From Nitrososphaeria archaeon (GTDB lineage: Archaea; Thermoproteota; Nitrososphaeria; Nitrososphaerales; JAAOZN01): a stretch of DNA of 64,000 nt. Below, piece by piece: positions 49,669 to 64,000 of this stretch. The notes beneath the pieces are model-generated. The model ran no database searches, was not told the origin of the DNA, and saw nothing but the letters and a program-made list of their open reading frames with translations. Each line of letters begins with the position of its first letter. Position 1 is the first letter of the stretch. Made by a program: the position numbers and the translations under genes. Location: contig JARVJZ010000003.1 of the NCBI GenBank assembly GCA_029775855.1, positions 1 through 64,000 of the forward strand. Direction: 5' to 3'.

Positions 49669-49759
49669 AAACACAACATAAACAAACCACCCCATATAAT
49701 CTTTCCCAAACACAACAGACGCCGTGCATAGATTGCGCCTCCCAAGAGAGGACCATAAA

Positions 49760-52797
<3,038 letters not shown>

Positions 52798-52954
52798 AGT
52801 GATCCTCCCTTTGGAAGCCTACGCAACTATGCACGGCGATAATCGCAGGTGCGTTTCACCTGCTTCGCCCTTCACCCATCAAGATACCTTGATGAGTTGC
52901 ATCTACTTTGGCCGTGTACTCCACTATTCGCAGCTTAGCCCATACTCCAATCTA

Positions 52955-54455
<1,501 letters not shown>

Positions 54456-54473
54456 CTTGGCGTTTATTTTTTA

Positions 54474-54508
54474 GGAGTACGGCTAAGCTTATGCGAGGGC
54501 ACACGGCC
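54474..54508 (-). other. 5' arm of the 16S processing stem with bulge-helix-bulge (pairs with ITS 52910-52948)
   Basis: TCGC-ATA-AGCTTAGCC upstream pairs with GGCTAAGCT-GCGA-ATA in the ITS; outer GGCCGTGT/ACACGGCC. Confidence 0.8.
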
Positions 54509-54649
54509 TACATCAGATTCAACAATTGTCTGTTGAATCTTCATTTCTGTTAGCGCGTCTGGAGGTCTATAGTGCATCGCTTGGGTTTAACCCATGTGCT
54601 AACTATAGACGCCGCCTTGCGACGCGCAAATACTTAGTAGGTGTTAGAC

Positions 54650-54672
54650 ATAGATATAAGTGTTTACTTTTT
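54650..54672 (-). promoter_or_regulatory. rRNA operon promoter candidate
   Basis: AAAGTAAACACTTATATC on the minus strand, just upstream of the structured 5' ETS. Confidence 0.5.
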
Positions 54673-55604
54673 TAGTCTGTGAGTAGGTGGTGTAGTATTG
54701 CTTTTTGTGTGTGTAGTCTGTTTTCAGCTTCTTCCCAGACTACTGACCATCTTCCGTCTATTACGGTGTCTGTGACTTCTTCTCCTCTGTGTGCTGGTAG
54801 GCAGTGCATGAATATAGCATCGGGTTTGGCTTGGGTCATTAGGTATTCATTTACTTGATATTTAGGTAGGAATATGCGTAGTCTTTGATCTCTTTCGTCG
54901 TCTTTTCCCATAGAGACGTATGTGTCTGTCATTACAACATCAGCTTCTGAGACTGCTTCTATGGGGTTTTCGGTTACAATGATATTCGCTTCACCGGCTT
55001 CTTTTAGTATTTCTTTTTTGGGTTGGTATGGTTTTGGGCAAGCTAATGTTAGTTTAAGATCAAGTTTTGCGCATGCTATTATAAGTGTGTTGGCTACATT
55101 GTTGTCTCCATCTCCTATCCATGCTATCTTTAAGTTGGTAAGCTTGCCTTTTGCTTCTTTTATCGTTTGGAGGTCTGCTAAGATTTGGCATGGGTGGTAG
55201 AGGTCAGACAGCCCGTTAATTACTGGGATGCTTGCGGCTTTTGCGAATCTTTCTAAATCTTTGTGGGAGATTACGCGCAGCATAGCTATGTCTACATATC
55301 TTGATAGTACTCTTGCGGTGTCTTCTATCGTTTCGCCTCTTGACAACTGCATTTCGTTTGAGTAGAGTGTGATGCTGCTTCCTCCTAGCTCTTTCATAGC
55401 AACTTCAAAGCTGATCCTTGTTCTAGTAGATGGTTTCTCAAATATTAGTGCTAATGTTTTGTCTGGTAGTGTTTTGTTGAGAATACCTTTTCGTCTTTCT
55501 TTTTTGAATTTGTCTGCTGTGTCGAGTATTGTGAGTATTTCTTCTGTCGTTAGTTCTTTCAGCGAGAGTATGTCTCTACCTTTTAGCGACATTTGCTTGT
55601 TCAT
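54672..55604 (-). CDS. argF: Ornithine carbamoyltransferase
   Basis: FEKPSTRTRISF, HPCQILAD, FMHCLPAHRGEEV, AENRLH. Confidence 0.96.
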   Translation of the reverse strand: MNKQMSLKGRDILSLKELTTEEILTILDTADKFKKERRKGILNKTLPDKTLALIFEKPSTRTRISFEVAMKELGGSSITLYSNEMQLSRGETIEDTARVLSRYVDIAMLRVISHKDLERFAKAASIPVINGLSDLYHPCQILADLQTIKEAKGKLTNLKIAWIGDGDNNVANTLIIACAKLDLKLTLACPKPYQPKKEILKEAGEANIIVTENPIEAVSEADVVMTDTYVSMGKDDERDQRLRIFLPKYQVNEYLMTQAKPDAIFMHCLPAHRGEEVTDTVIDGRWSVVWEEAENRLHTQKAILHHLLTD

Positions 55605-55646
55605 AGTTAGCTCCGTTTTTAGGTGTATAATTGTGTTTCCGATTTG

Positions 55647-56558
55647 TTATTGTGCATTCAGTATGGATTTTATGAACTCATTTGGATCGAAGGGTTTGAG
55701 GCTGTCGTAGTTTTGTCCTGTGCCTAAGAATAGTATGGGTTTACTCGTTACGTAAACTATTGAGAGAGCTGCACCACCCTTTACATCTGCATCTACTTTG
55801 GTTAGCACTGCTGCATCGAAGTCTGTAAACTTTTGGAACTCTTTTGCTTGTGATACAGCATCATTTCCAGCTAGGGCGTCGCCAACGAATATCTTTAGAT
55901 CGGGTTTAGTTACTCTTATTATCTTCTCCATTTCATCCATTAAGTTTCTGCTTGTCTGCATCCTTCCTGCTGTATCGACTAGGACTACATCTACCTTGTG
56001 TTTTTTAGCGTAGATTACTGCGTCCTTAGCTACTGCAGCTGGATCTGCGCCGTATTTTTGCGTGATAACTTTTAGACCTAGCTTTTCTGCGTGTGTTGTT
56101 AGCTGCTCTATAGCGCCAGCTCTATGCGTGTCTGCGCAGGCTAATATGATGCTGTAGCCCTTTTGCTTTAGATAGTGGGCGAACTTGGCTATTGTTGTAG
56201 TTTTTCCTGTTCCGTTTATGCCCAAAAAGAGTATAATGTATGGTTCACCCTGTGTTTTTTTAGCTTCTATGAGAGATAGTAGGTTTATTGGCTGAGCTTT
56301 AAAGAATTCTTCTTTTATTATTGATGCTAACCTTTGTTTAAGATATTCATGTGTTGGTGTGCTTCTGCTGAGTTTTAGCCCTATGACTTCTTGTTTGATC
56401 TTTGAAGTTAGTGCTTTTACGACTTCTTCTGCTACATCGCTCTCAAGGAGAGCTATTTCAAAGTCCCATAGCGCTTTTTCAACTTCTGTTTCAGACAGAG
56501 TCTTTTGTGTTGCTAAAGTTGTTAGCGTGGAGATAGCCTTTTTTAGCTTCTCAAACAT
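55647..56558 (-). CDS. ftsY: SRP receptor FtsY
   Basis: GINGTGKTTTIAK, DTAGR, TKVDAD.KGG. Confidence 0.96.
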   Translation of the reverse strand: MFEKLKKAISTLTTLATQKTLSETEVEKALWDFEIALLESDVAEEVVKALTSKIKQEVIGLKLSRSTPTHEYLKQRLASIIKEEFFKAQPINLLSLIEAKKTQGEPYIILFLGINGTGKTTTIAKFAHYLKQKGYSIILACADTHRAGAIEQLTTHAEKLGLKVITQKYGADPAAVAKDAVIYAKKHKVDVVLVDTAGRMQTSRNLMDEMEKIIRVTKPDLKIFVGDALAGNDAVSQAKEFQKFTDFDAAVLTKVDADVKGGAALSIVYVTSKPILFLGTGQNYDSLKPFDPNEFIKSILNAQ

Positions 56559-56564
56559 TTCTGC

Positions 56565-56993
56565 TTAACCCGTTTGTAGGCTTGCTGCCAGGTTATTTAC
56601 TTCAGCTCGGTGTGAGTTTATTTTGTTTTCGAGTTCGGTCTTCTGAGCGCTTATGTTTGACAGCGCATTTTCTAGTTCACTTATGCGTGTAGTTAGGTAG
56701 TTTAATACATATTCTTTGTTCTTCTCGATGACTACCCCTGCGCCTAAGTTAATTAGAAGAGTATCTGCTTTTGGCGATTTGACTCGCATTAGAACGCCTG
56801 CGCCCAGAGGTAATAGTATTTCTGAATCAGAGCCTTCTGGAATAGATTTAAGTGCGTTTAAGGTAGCTCTGCTATCTAAGATAGCTCTTGCTACCAATGT
56901 TTCTCTAGTAGTGAGTTCATTATAGTATGTCTCAAGGGCTCTTAGCTCTACAAGCATCCTTTGAATTTTTTCTTCTACACTCAACCCAAGCAT
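56565..56993 (-). CDS. pfdA: Prefoldin alpha subunit
   Basis: ILLPLGAG, INLGAGV.IEK flanked by coiled coils; synteny with eif6 and ftsY. Confidence 0.9.
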   Translation of the reverse strand: MLGLSVEEKIQRMLVELRALETYYNELTTRETLVARAILDSRATLNALKSIPEGSDSEILLPLGAGVLMRVKSPKADTLLINLGAGVVIEKNKEYVLNYLTTRISELENALSNISAQKTELENKINSHRAEVNNLAASLQTG

Positions 56994-57013
56994 TGGTGGC
57001 TCTTAACCCACAT

Positions 57014-57679
57014 TTAAACCTTGAACACTCTACTGAGAATCATCAGCTCCGGTCCTGTGGTTAGAGAGCCTACGACTGCGTTATTTTTGTTAACTAATAT
57101 GCCTGATGTGACGAATGGTACACCACCATTTATCGTTGCTGGTTCAACCTCTACTGAAAGAATTTCTGAGAGTCTTTCTAATTCTTTTTGTGAGGCTTTT
57201 GGGTGGACTGCTGCACCTTTATCCGTTGCGGTGACCATGGAGCCTACTTGCGTATATCCGGCTATTGTTAGTGTTTCCACGGGCACATCCAATATTTCCT
57301 TTACAGTTTTAAGTGATTCTGAGTGTAGGAGAGGTGAAGCTACTGCACCTTTGTTGTTGGCTGCTATGAGATTTCCTACGCTTGTATATTTACTTGGTAG
57401 TCTCGCTACTCTTAGACCGGTATCTCTGCTTAATGTTCTGATTTCTTCGTCTTCAGCTAACTTTGATACGAGTATGCCGTTGTCGTTTAGAGCTACTAAG
57501 GGGCCTAAGAGGCGTGAGCCTGCTATTGAGGTTCTAATTGGTGTCACATTTAGTAAGATGGAGAGCTTAGAGCATTTGGTTTGTGCTAGGCCTTTTGGTG
57601 TCAGTATGAATCTATTATTTGCTTTGAGGAAGACACCTATATTAGGTGACCTATAGATGTCAAGCATGTATATACCCAT
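57014..57679 (-). CDS. eif6: Translation initiation factor aIF6
   Basis: SPNIGVF, GNLIAANN, TINGGVPFV, TTGPEL. Confidence 0.93.
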   Translation of the reverse strand: MGIYMLDIYRSPNIGVFLKANNRFILTPKGLAQTKCSKLSILLNVTPIRTSIAGSRLLGPLVALNDNGILVSKLAEDEEIRTLSRDTGLRVARLPSKYTSVGNLIAANNKGAVASPLLHSESLKTVKEILDVPVETLTIAGYTQVGSMVTATDKGAAVHPKASQKELERLSEILSVEVEPATINGGVPFVTSGILVNKNNAVVGSLTTGPELMILSRVFKV

Positions 57680-57796
57680 GTCTTCTAGCAGCCTCTTGAT
57701 GTCAAGGTTCCTACCTCTGAGACTTTAATGTAGGTGAACTTAAGTCTTAAGGCTTAGGAGAGGGTTAAATAGATCGTATTTGCTTGGGGGATTGGT

Positions 57797-58843
57797 TTGG
57801 ATTCACATGTAATGGAGCTACCTCGTGTAATTCAGATAGGGTATGGGGTGATTAAAGAGGTTGGAGAGTTTCTCTCCAAATTTTCGCCGGAAAGTGTGCT
57901 TATAGTAAGTGGGCCTATTGTGTGGGCTAGGGTTAGTAAAGTCGTTGAAGACGCGTTTAAAGAGAAGGGGCTTACCTACCGATGTCTTCAAATTAACGAT
58001 TCGACTAGCAAAGAGGTTGAGGTTGCAGAGAAAACTGCTAGAGTATTCAAGGCGGATTTGATAGTAGGCTTAGGAGGCGGGCGGGCTGTAGATGTAGCAA
58101 AACTTGCTGCATATAATTGTCAATCAATGTTTGTAAGCATACCTACAAGTGCATCTCATGATGGGATAGCAAGCCCATTCGCATCTATAAAAGGTGGAAA
58201 TAGACCTTACTCATACACCACAAAGCCTCCGCTTGGCGTTCTAGCTGATGTAGATCTGATAGCACAAGCCCCGCAGAGACTTCTTGCTGCTGGCTGTGGT
58301 GATCTTATCTCTAAGATAACTGCAGTTAGGGATTGGATGCTAGCTAGAGATGAGAAACATGAATACTATGGTAATTATGCAGCAAACTTAGCGTTGATGA
58401 GTGCGGAAATCGTGTTATCAGAGGCTAAAGGTATTGGGCGTGGTAATAAAGAGTATGTTAGAGATGTTGTTGAAGCTTTGATTAGCGCTGGTGTAGCTGC
58501 CGGTATAGCTGGAAGCAGTAGACCTTGTAGCGGCGCCGAACATCTATTCAGCCACGCGTTGGATATAATTGCACCAGGCATAGGTCTTCACGGCGAAAAA
58601 TGTGGCCTAGGCGCTATTATGATGGCCAAGCTGCATAATTTAGATTGGGTTAAGTTAAGAAGCGCGCTCTACGATGTTAACGCGCCGGTGAATGCTTTAA
58701 AGATTGGGCTTGATGCAGATCAAGTTGCGAAGGCTCTTGTTTTAGCACCAGACATTAGACCAGAAAGGTACACCATTTTGCATAAGCTACGGTTAAGCTT
58801 TGAGGAAGCCAAAATGCTCGCTAGAGAGGTTGGTGTGGTCTAA
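57797..58843 (+). CDS. egsA: Glycerol-1-phosphate dehydrogenase
   Basis: GGGRAVDVAK, PTSASHDGIAS, SRPCSGAEHLFSHALD, LHGE. Confidence 0.95.
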   Translation: MDSHVMELPRVIQIGYGVIKEVGEFLSKFSPESVLIVSGPIVWARVSKVVEDAFKEKGLTYRCLQINDSTSKEVEVAEKTARVFKADLIVGLGGGRAVDVAKLAAYNCQSMFVSIPTSASHDGIASPFASIKGGNRPYSYTTKPPLGVLADVDLIAQAPQRLLAAGCGDLISKITAVRDWMLARDEKHEYYGNYAANLALMSAEIVLSEAKGIGRGNKEYVRDVVEALISAGVAAGIAGSSRPCSGAEHLFSHALDIIAPGIGLHGEKCGLGAIMMAKLHNLDWVKLRSALYDVNAPVNALKIGLDADQVAKALVLAPDIRPERYTILHKLRLSFEEAKMLAREVGVV

Positions 58844-58854
58844 CCTTCTTCTTT

Positions 58855-59628
58855 CTAATGGTCTTCGGTCTTCTGAGACTCTATCTTTTTGACTTCTTGT
58901 TGCGGCTTCTCTTCCTTCTTCTTTTCCGCTTGATATTCTTCTATAAACACAACTTTTTCTACGCCAGATACGTATTTGAAGATGTCTCTTGAAATGCCTC
59001 TTTTGCTTATCTGCAAGCCTTCGAACAAATAGGTTTCCTCAGGCAGCTGTATTTTTACTATATTTCCTTCAATCGCAAAGGAAATCTTCTTCTCATCTAT
59101 GTTGAGCCAGCGTCTAATGAGATATAGTATTTTTTCTGCTGGTTCTTCAAGTTTCTTCACTACTTCTATGGTGTAGGTTAGCACTTTTCCGGCTAAGCGG
59201 TGGTTAAAGTCTACTTGCACTCGACCTGACCCTACAAACCTTACTACGCCAACCCTCCCTTCAACTTCTACCTCATCGCCGACTGCTATTTCGTGAGCTT
59301 TTTCACCGAACTTTCTTAGCGGAATGAGCTTGATCTTACTGGCGTCTCTCTGCCCAAAAGCCTTTTCCGGCGGGATGTCGATGTTGACCTTCTCTCCTAC
59401 TGATGCTTGTTTGAGCGCGTCGTCTAAGCCGGGTATAACCCAGCCTTCTCCTACTGAGACTAGCCGCGGCTCATATCTTCTGGATGGGTCGTATATGCCT
59501 AGAGCCTTAGCCTCTTCTTCTACTGTTGTCTCTAAGGGTTCGTTTGTATCTTTTACTTTACCGGTTAAATTAACCAGCACCAAAGTTCCTGTTTCGAGCG
59601 CCAACTTAGAGCACAGATACGCCATCAA
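58855..59628 (-). CDS. Long-type FKBP peptidyl-prolyl isomerase
   Basis: VGEGWVIPGLD, IPPEKAFG.RD, VDFNHRLAGK. Start may be TTG at 59604. Confidence 0.9.
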   Translation of the reverse strand: MMAYLCSKLALETGTLVLVNLTGKVKDTNEPLETTVEEEAKALGIYDPSRRYEPRLVSVGEGWVIPGLDDALKQASVGEKVNIDIPPEKAFGQRDASKIKLIPLRKFGEKAHEIAVGDEVEVEGRVGVVRFVGSGRVQVDFNHRLAGKVLTYTIEVVKKLEEPAEKILYLIRRWLNIDEKKISFAIEGNIVKIQLPEETYLFEGLQISKRGISRDIFKYVSGVEKVVFIEEYQAEKKKEEKPQQEVKKIESQKTEDH

Positions 59629-59703
59629 AGACTCTGCTAAAATACTTGTCGCTAACTATGCCGGATACTAGATGCTGGATGACGAATGTCGAAGGTGCGT
59701 TAC

Positions 59704-60855
59704 CTAGTTTAATTGTGAGAGTACTTTGAGAGCTTCATCTAAAGCAGCTGCGGTGCTGTTCTGGTATCCCAGCTGGTTGAGTGCGGCTGAGACTGCTGTA
59801 ACGGTAGTCAAGACGTGCGGTGTGTTTACTTCACCCATGCAGCCTATTCTAAAGACTTTACCTCTGAATTCTCCGAAGCCTCCTGCTACTAGCACATCAA
59901 ATTTGTCGTCAAGTAGCTTTCTGAACTTTGCATCTTCTATGCCAGTGGGATAATTGAACGCTAATACCACGTTAGACCTTACATCTTCTTTTGCGGTTGG
60001 TTTAAGGTTTATTGCTGAAAGTGATCTGTAGAATGCTTCTGAGCAGATCTTGTGTCTTCTTATGCGGTTATCTAAACCCTCCTCTAAGAGCATTGTTAAT
60101 GCTTCATCTAGAGCGTAAAAGAGTGGTAGGGCTGGTGTAAATGGTGTTTCTCCTCTTTCAGCGAATTTAAAGTATCTAGGCATATTGAAGTAGTGTCTTG
60201 GCGGCGGCGGATTACTCTCTAGATACTTCTTGACCTTATTACTTACCGAAACTATAACGACACCAGGTGGGGCAGCTAGGCACTTTTGGCTACCAGCTAT
60301 GCAAATATCGACACCTAACTCATCAACTGGAAGCTCATCTCCACCCAGTATGGAGATCGCATCAACGATATAGAAGGCGCCTAGATCTGAGGCTAGCTTA
60401 CCTAATTCTTTGAGCCACCTAAACGTGACTCCAGTTGAAGTCTCGTTATACACCACAAAAACAGCTTTGATATCTTTGTTAGCTTCTGCTAAAGCACGAA
60501 TCTTATCCATTCTCGGTGCATCGCCAAGAGGTGCATCTGCAACAATAGCTTTACCGCCTGCAGCTTCAACTTGCTCTGCGGCTCTCTGCCCGAATTCACC
60601 AAATACGGTGACGAGCACTTTATCCCCTGGTCTGACTATGTTTGTTACAGCAGCTTCTACGCCACCTGAGCCTGATGCCGTGAAGACTATTATGTCGCTT
60701 TTTGTTAGAAAGACTTTCTGGCATTTTTCGATTATACCTTTATAGAGCTGTGTGAAGGCTGGACTTCTGTGGTTTATTATCGGTTTAACCATGGCTAGCA
60801 TAACTCTTTCAGGCACATTTGTTGGACCTGGTATCATGACAAGTTTCTTTCGCAT
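59704..60855 (-). CDS. Class V (serine-pyruvate/alanine-glyoxylate) aminotransferase
   Basis: MIPGPT, NETSTG, VDAIS, GSQKCL, FRIGCMG. Confidence 0.9.
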   Translation of the reverse strand: MRKKLVMIPGPTNVPERVMLAMVKPIINHRSPAFTQLYKGIIEKCQKVFLTKSDIIVFTASGSGGVEAAVTNIVRPGDKVLVTVFGEFGQRAAEQVEAAGGKAIVADAPLGDAPRMDKIRALAEANKDIKAVFVVYNETSTGVTFRWLKELGKLASDLGAFYIVDAISILGGDELPVDELGVDICIAGSQKCLAAPPGVVIVSVSNKVKKYLESNPPPPRHYFNMPRYFKFAERGETPFTPALPLFYALDEALTMLLEEGLDNRIRRHKICSEAFYRSLSAINLKPTAKEDVRSNVVLAFNYPTGIEDAKFRKLLDDKFDVLVAGGFGEFRGKVFRIGCMGEVNTPHVLTTVTAVSAALNQLGYQNSTAAALDEALKVLSQLN

Positions 60856-60958
60856 ATTTCGAAGAATGTTTATGATAGATATAAGCTTTAATGTGTTATA
60901 TTTGACAATCGTCAAATATTCTTTGGATTATATTTGTTTTCTATCGGCGTTTACTTGA

Positions 60959-61477
60959 TTATTTTTTATCGCTTAGTTGCCTAAGCCTCTCCACCCCTTT
61001 TATCTCAGAGATTATCACAGCAACGGCTCTTGGGACAAGTTCTTCCCACGCTTCTCCACTTAACATTCTCCGCCTCACTTCAGTAGCAGAGTAGGTAGAG
61101 CGCTCATGGAACGGTATATCTAGCACCTCTACATTCTCTTCTTGAAAAAGTCTTCTTGTTAACGGGTCGTTAGAGAAGACTACATCGAACTTAGGTACCA
61201 TAGATTTAACCGAAGCAACCCAAAGTGAATGTGCTGAAGCATCAGGTAGGGGTATAATCATCACCCTTCTGCAATCTATGCTTGCTTCTTCTAATGCAGC
61301 CTTTATCATACGAATTCTCTCCCCGGCTGTAAATGGGTTATCTGTTTGATGGCTCTTCTCCGCCGAACCTACAATGATATACAAAGTGGCAACCTTCCCA
61401 AGAGCGTATTTCACAGCAAAGAGGTGCCCGAGATGAAATGGTTGAAAACGTCCTATCAAGAGACCGCTGTGCCACAT
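60959..61477 (-). CDS. nadM: Nicotinamide-nucleotide adenylyltransferase
   Basis: IGRFQPFHLGH, NPFTAGER, SATEVRRRM. Confidence 0.92.
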   Translation of the reverse strand: MWHSGLLIGRFQPFHLGHLFAVKYALGKVATLYIIVGSAEKSHQTDNPFTAGERIRMIKAALEEASIDCRRVMIIPLPDASAHSLWVASVKSMVPKFDVVFSNDPLTRRLFQEENVEVLDIPFHERSTYSATEVRRRMLSGEAWEELVPRAVAVIISEIKGVERLRQLSDKK

Positions 61478-61538
61478 ACCCGCCTCTTTAGAAGAGGGAG
61501 AATTATTTAAACACCTAACTAGAGTTAGAGAAGACGCT

Positions 61539-62597
61539 TTGAGCGAAGTTACAATCGATGGGTCCTATGGCGAAGGGGGAGGGCAGATACTCAGAACAGC
61601 GGTAGCCCTATCTGCCATAATAGGTAAGCCTGTAAAGGTCGTTAGGATTAGGGCTGGTAGACCTAATCCTGGTCTTAGACCTCAGCACGTCGGCACTATA
61701 AGAATCATAGCTTCCATGTGTGATGCAGAAGTAGATGGTCTTGCTGTAGGTTCGGATACGATAATCTTTAAACCTAAGAATCTTGTCGCCAGGAGCGTAA
61801 GATATGATATTGGGTCTGCTGGCGCTATAACTCTTTTACTGCAAGTCGCGGTTATAGTTGCTGCTAAAGTTGGACAGAGGTGCAGTTTTGAAATTGTAGG
61901 CGGCACAGACGTTAAGTGGAGCCCAACTATAGACTACTTTAACCAAGTCTACATCAGAGCGTTGAAAGCGCTAGGAATTAATGTGAAGCTGAGTGTAGAA
62001 AGGCGTGGCTACTACCCTAAAGGAGGCGGGTTAGTTAAAGTTGAAGTTGAGCCAACTAAGAGCATAAAGCCCATAACGCTGCTGGAGCATACACCAAACC
62101 CTATAAACATAATCAGTGTATGTTCACAACTGCCCTTTGAAGTAGCTAAAAGACAGCTCAACGCAGCCTTAACCACGCTTCAGCGGCATAAAGTTGAGAT
62201 AGGTGAAGTTAGACCCACATTAGAACAGTCTTTCGGCGCTGGAACATCTATAACGATCTATAGTGTAGATGAAGACAAAGGAACTTACGTGGGTGCAGAC
62301 GCTGTTGGTGAAAAAGGTAAGCCAGCCGAACTTGTGGGTAAGGAAGCTGCAGAGAAGTTTCTGGTCGAATGGTCTGCAAATACACCAGTAGATTCTCATC
62401 TTGCAGATATGCTTGTGCTACCTCTGTGTTTAGCAGATGATGTGTCAACATACAAGACACCTAAGCTTACGCAGCATCTTGAAACCAACTTATATGTTGT
62501 AAGTAGAATAACTGGATGCAACTATGAGCTAAAAAGGCGTAGTTCTGAGGCTGTTGAAGTCAAGATTACACCAAAAATGTATTGGCGAGCGGTTTAA
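61539..62597 (+). CDS. rtcA: RNA 3'-terminal phosphate cyclase
   Basis: DGSYGEGGGQILRT, PGLRPQH, GGTDVKWSP, RRGYYPKGGG, VDSHLAD. Confidence 0.95.
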   Translation: MSEVTIDGSYGEGGGQILRTAVALSAIIGKPVKVVRIRAGRPNPGLRPQHVGTIRIIASMCDAEVDGLAVGSDTIIFKPKNLVARSVRYDIGSAGAITLLLQVAVIVAAKVGQRCSFEIVGGTDVKWSPTIDYFNQVYIRALKALGINVKLSVERRGYYPKGGGLVKVEVEPTKSIKPITLLEHTPNPINIISVCSQLPFEVAKRQLNAALTTLQRHKVEIGEVRPTLEQSFGAGTSITIYSVDEDKGTYVGADAVGEKGKPAELVGKEAAEKFLVEWSANTPVDSHLADMLVLPLCLADDVSTYKTPKLTQHLETNLYVVSRITGCNYELKRRSSEAVEVKITPKMYWRAV

Positions 62598-62640
62598 ATA
62601 ACATTAGTATTTTAAGGAAGGTTAAAACTAGTGGTAGCGT

Positions 62641-64000
62641 TTGAAAAGTCTAATTCTCCAAACACGAACATTCAGCCTACCTATACTTTACTTAGTGACC
62701 TTCATTACACGCGTTGGCTTTGGAGCCATTGTGATAGCATTCCCCCATTATGTGATTGCAGATAGCTTTATGACTGGCGTAGTGCTTTCGATCTACCCTA
62801 TCTTTGAGGCGCTTTCAGCAGCTCCTGTTGGTATGTATGTTGATAGGAGAGGTCGCAAGAATATGTTATTCTTTGGGTTAATGAGCATAGCAATTTTAAC
62901 CTTCTTGATTGGTTTATCGAGGGACGTGCTTTACATCACTGTGGTGCATGGTTTAATGGGTATCTCAGCGGCTGCGGTAATAGTATCAACCCTCACTATG
63001 ATTACAGACCTTACAAAGATAAGCGATAGAGGAGTAGGGATGGGCGTATTTGACCTAGCAAACATAGCGGGCTACGCTGGAGGGATACTTATAGGCACTT
63101 GGCTCTACACAACATTCGAAACTAATCCAAGCTATGTATTCTTCTCAGTAGCTGCTCTTCTATTAGCAGTAGTTATCTTAGTAAAGGTGTTAGTAACTGA
63201 GCCGCCTCACGAAACCTTGAGAGCACCGCTTACATTCAACTTCTTTAAGGCGCTCAGCTGGAAGATAAAGGCTCTTCTACCCTTATGGTTCGCACTTACA
63301 ACCTTAGTTGGAATAGCTTTCTTCATACCAAAAGCTCTAACCTTAGGCGGCTACACAATCACCGAATCTGGACTACTATTATTTGCTGGAGCAGTAGGCA
63401 TGGGAATTGGAGCAGCATTTTTCGGTAGGCTCTCTGATAAGATTGGAAGAGAGAAGACTATGTGGATAGGAATAGCTGGCATGCTTATGCTGCTTCCATC
63501 ATTAGCTCTATCACTATCACCAGATACCAACCCCAGCTACCCCAACTTTGGAACATATCTTTATGCCATTGCGCCCTCAGCGCTTCTAACCTCAGCTCTA
63601 GTCCCCTCTATCTTGGCTCTAGTAGGCGATACAGCACGCTCAACCTTACGCGGCTCTGCTATGGGACTCTACAGCATAATGCTCAGCATAGGAATAGCTG
63701 CCGGCAACTTGATCGGAGGCATATCTGGACAAATAGGTGGACTGCCAACAATACTTTATGCTGCAGAAGGTGTCTTTATATCAGCAGTCATCATCTCACT
63801 TCTACTAAGCCGATTAACAAATAAAAGAGAACTGGGAGTCAACACAGATCCAAAGACAATACCCAAAATACTAACACTGAGCTACTGGATGAGGTTCATA
63901 AAATTCAACATAGTCGGATTAACCGGAGTCTTTGTCAACCAAGGACTACTAATCCTTTTAACCACCTTAGGCTTATACTACCTCTACTCAGCCATCATAG
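62641..64000 (+). CDS. MFS transporter fused to a C-terminal GtrA-like domain (3'-truncated by the window edge)
   Basis: Stop-free frame from TTG 62641 (translated by hand). GMYVDRRGRK and GRLSDKIGRE MFS motifs, then RFIKFNIVGLTGVFVNQG...YLYSAII. Confidence 0.82.
   Translation, partial: MKSLILQTRTFSLPILYLVTFITRVGFGAIVIAFPHYVIADSFMTGVVLSIYPIFEALSAAPVGMYVDRRGRKNMLFFGLMSIAILTFLIGLSRDVLYITVVHGLMGISAAAVIVSTLTMITDLTKISDRGVGMGVFDLANIAGYAGGILIGTWLYTTFETNPSYVFFSVAALLLAVVILVKVLVTEPPHETLRAPLTFNFFKALSWKIKALLPLWFALTTLVGIAFFIPKALTLGGYTITESGLLLFAGAVGMGIGAAFFGRLSDKIGREKTMWIGIAGMLMLLPSLALSLSPDTNPSYPNFGTYLYAIAPSALLTSALVPSILALVGDTARSTLRGSAMGLYSIMLSIGIAAGNLIGGISGQIGGLPTILYAAEGVFISAVIISLLLSRLTNKRELGVNTDPKTIPKILTLSYWMRFIKFNIVGLTGVFVNQGLLILLTTLGLYYLYSAII

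Noticed and set aside
54515-54612. Strong hairpins (AGATTCAACA/TGTTGAATCT; GTCTATAG/CTATAGAC) as a MITE or separate ncRNA
   Set aside because: They lie between the rRNA promoter and the 16S processing stem, so they are best explained as 5' ETS structure.
57021-57656. 211-aa antisense ORF to eif6 (also 35346-35906 and 35971-36402)
   Set aside because: Antisense shadows of well-supported genes, with no recognisable motifs.

Overview
Archaeal chromosomal window from the TACK superphylum. The gene content, the rRNA operon layout (16S-23S with no tRNA-Ala and no 5S) and the intron-bearing tRNA fit a basal, probably thermophilic Nitrososphaeria/Thaumarchaeota-like lineage; this placement is an inference. 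The window opens with a leader-proximal CRISPR array (about 53 copies of GAATCTCACATAGAGAATTGAAAG plus one degenerate copy) and contains no cas genes. The rest is mostly housekeeping and metabolic genes (rpo6, alba, apgM, rpsJ, lhr, ppdK, purP x2, mfnB, fixCXAB, hsp20, moaA, pckG, aglH, ssb, thrC, fumC, hisC, argF, ftsY, pfdA, eif6, egsA, nadM, rtcA), three tRNAs and one minus-strand rRNA operon. Four things stand out. (1) A compact four-gene operon encodes a 45-aa microprotein, a short Zn-hook Rad50/SMC-like ATPase (apparent CTG start, altered Q- and H-loops), HerA and NurA, with no Mre11; it is a candidate undescribed DNA-end-processing or defence module. (2) tRNA-Ser(UGA) is split by three introns. 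(3) An origin-like AC/GT strand-skew inversion is centred on the rRNA operon. (4) An MFS-GtrA fusion ORF sits at the right edge. All calls come from motif recognition by eye; no searches were run.
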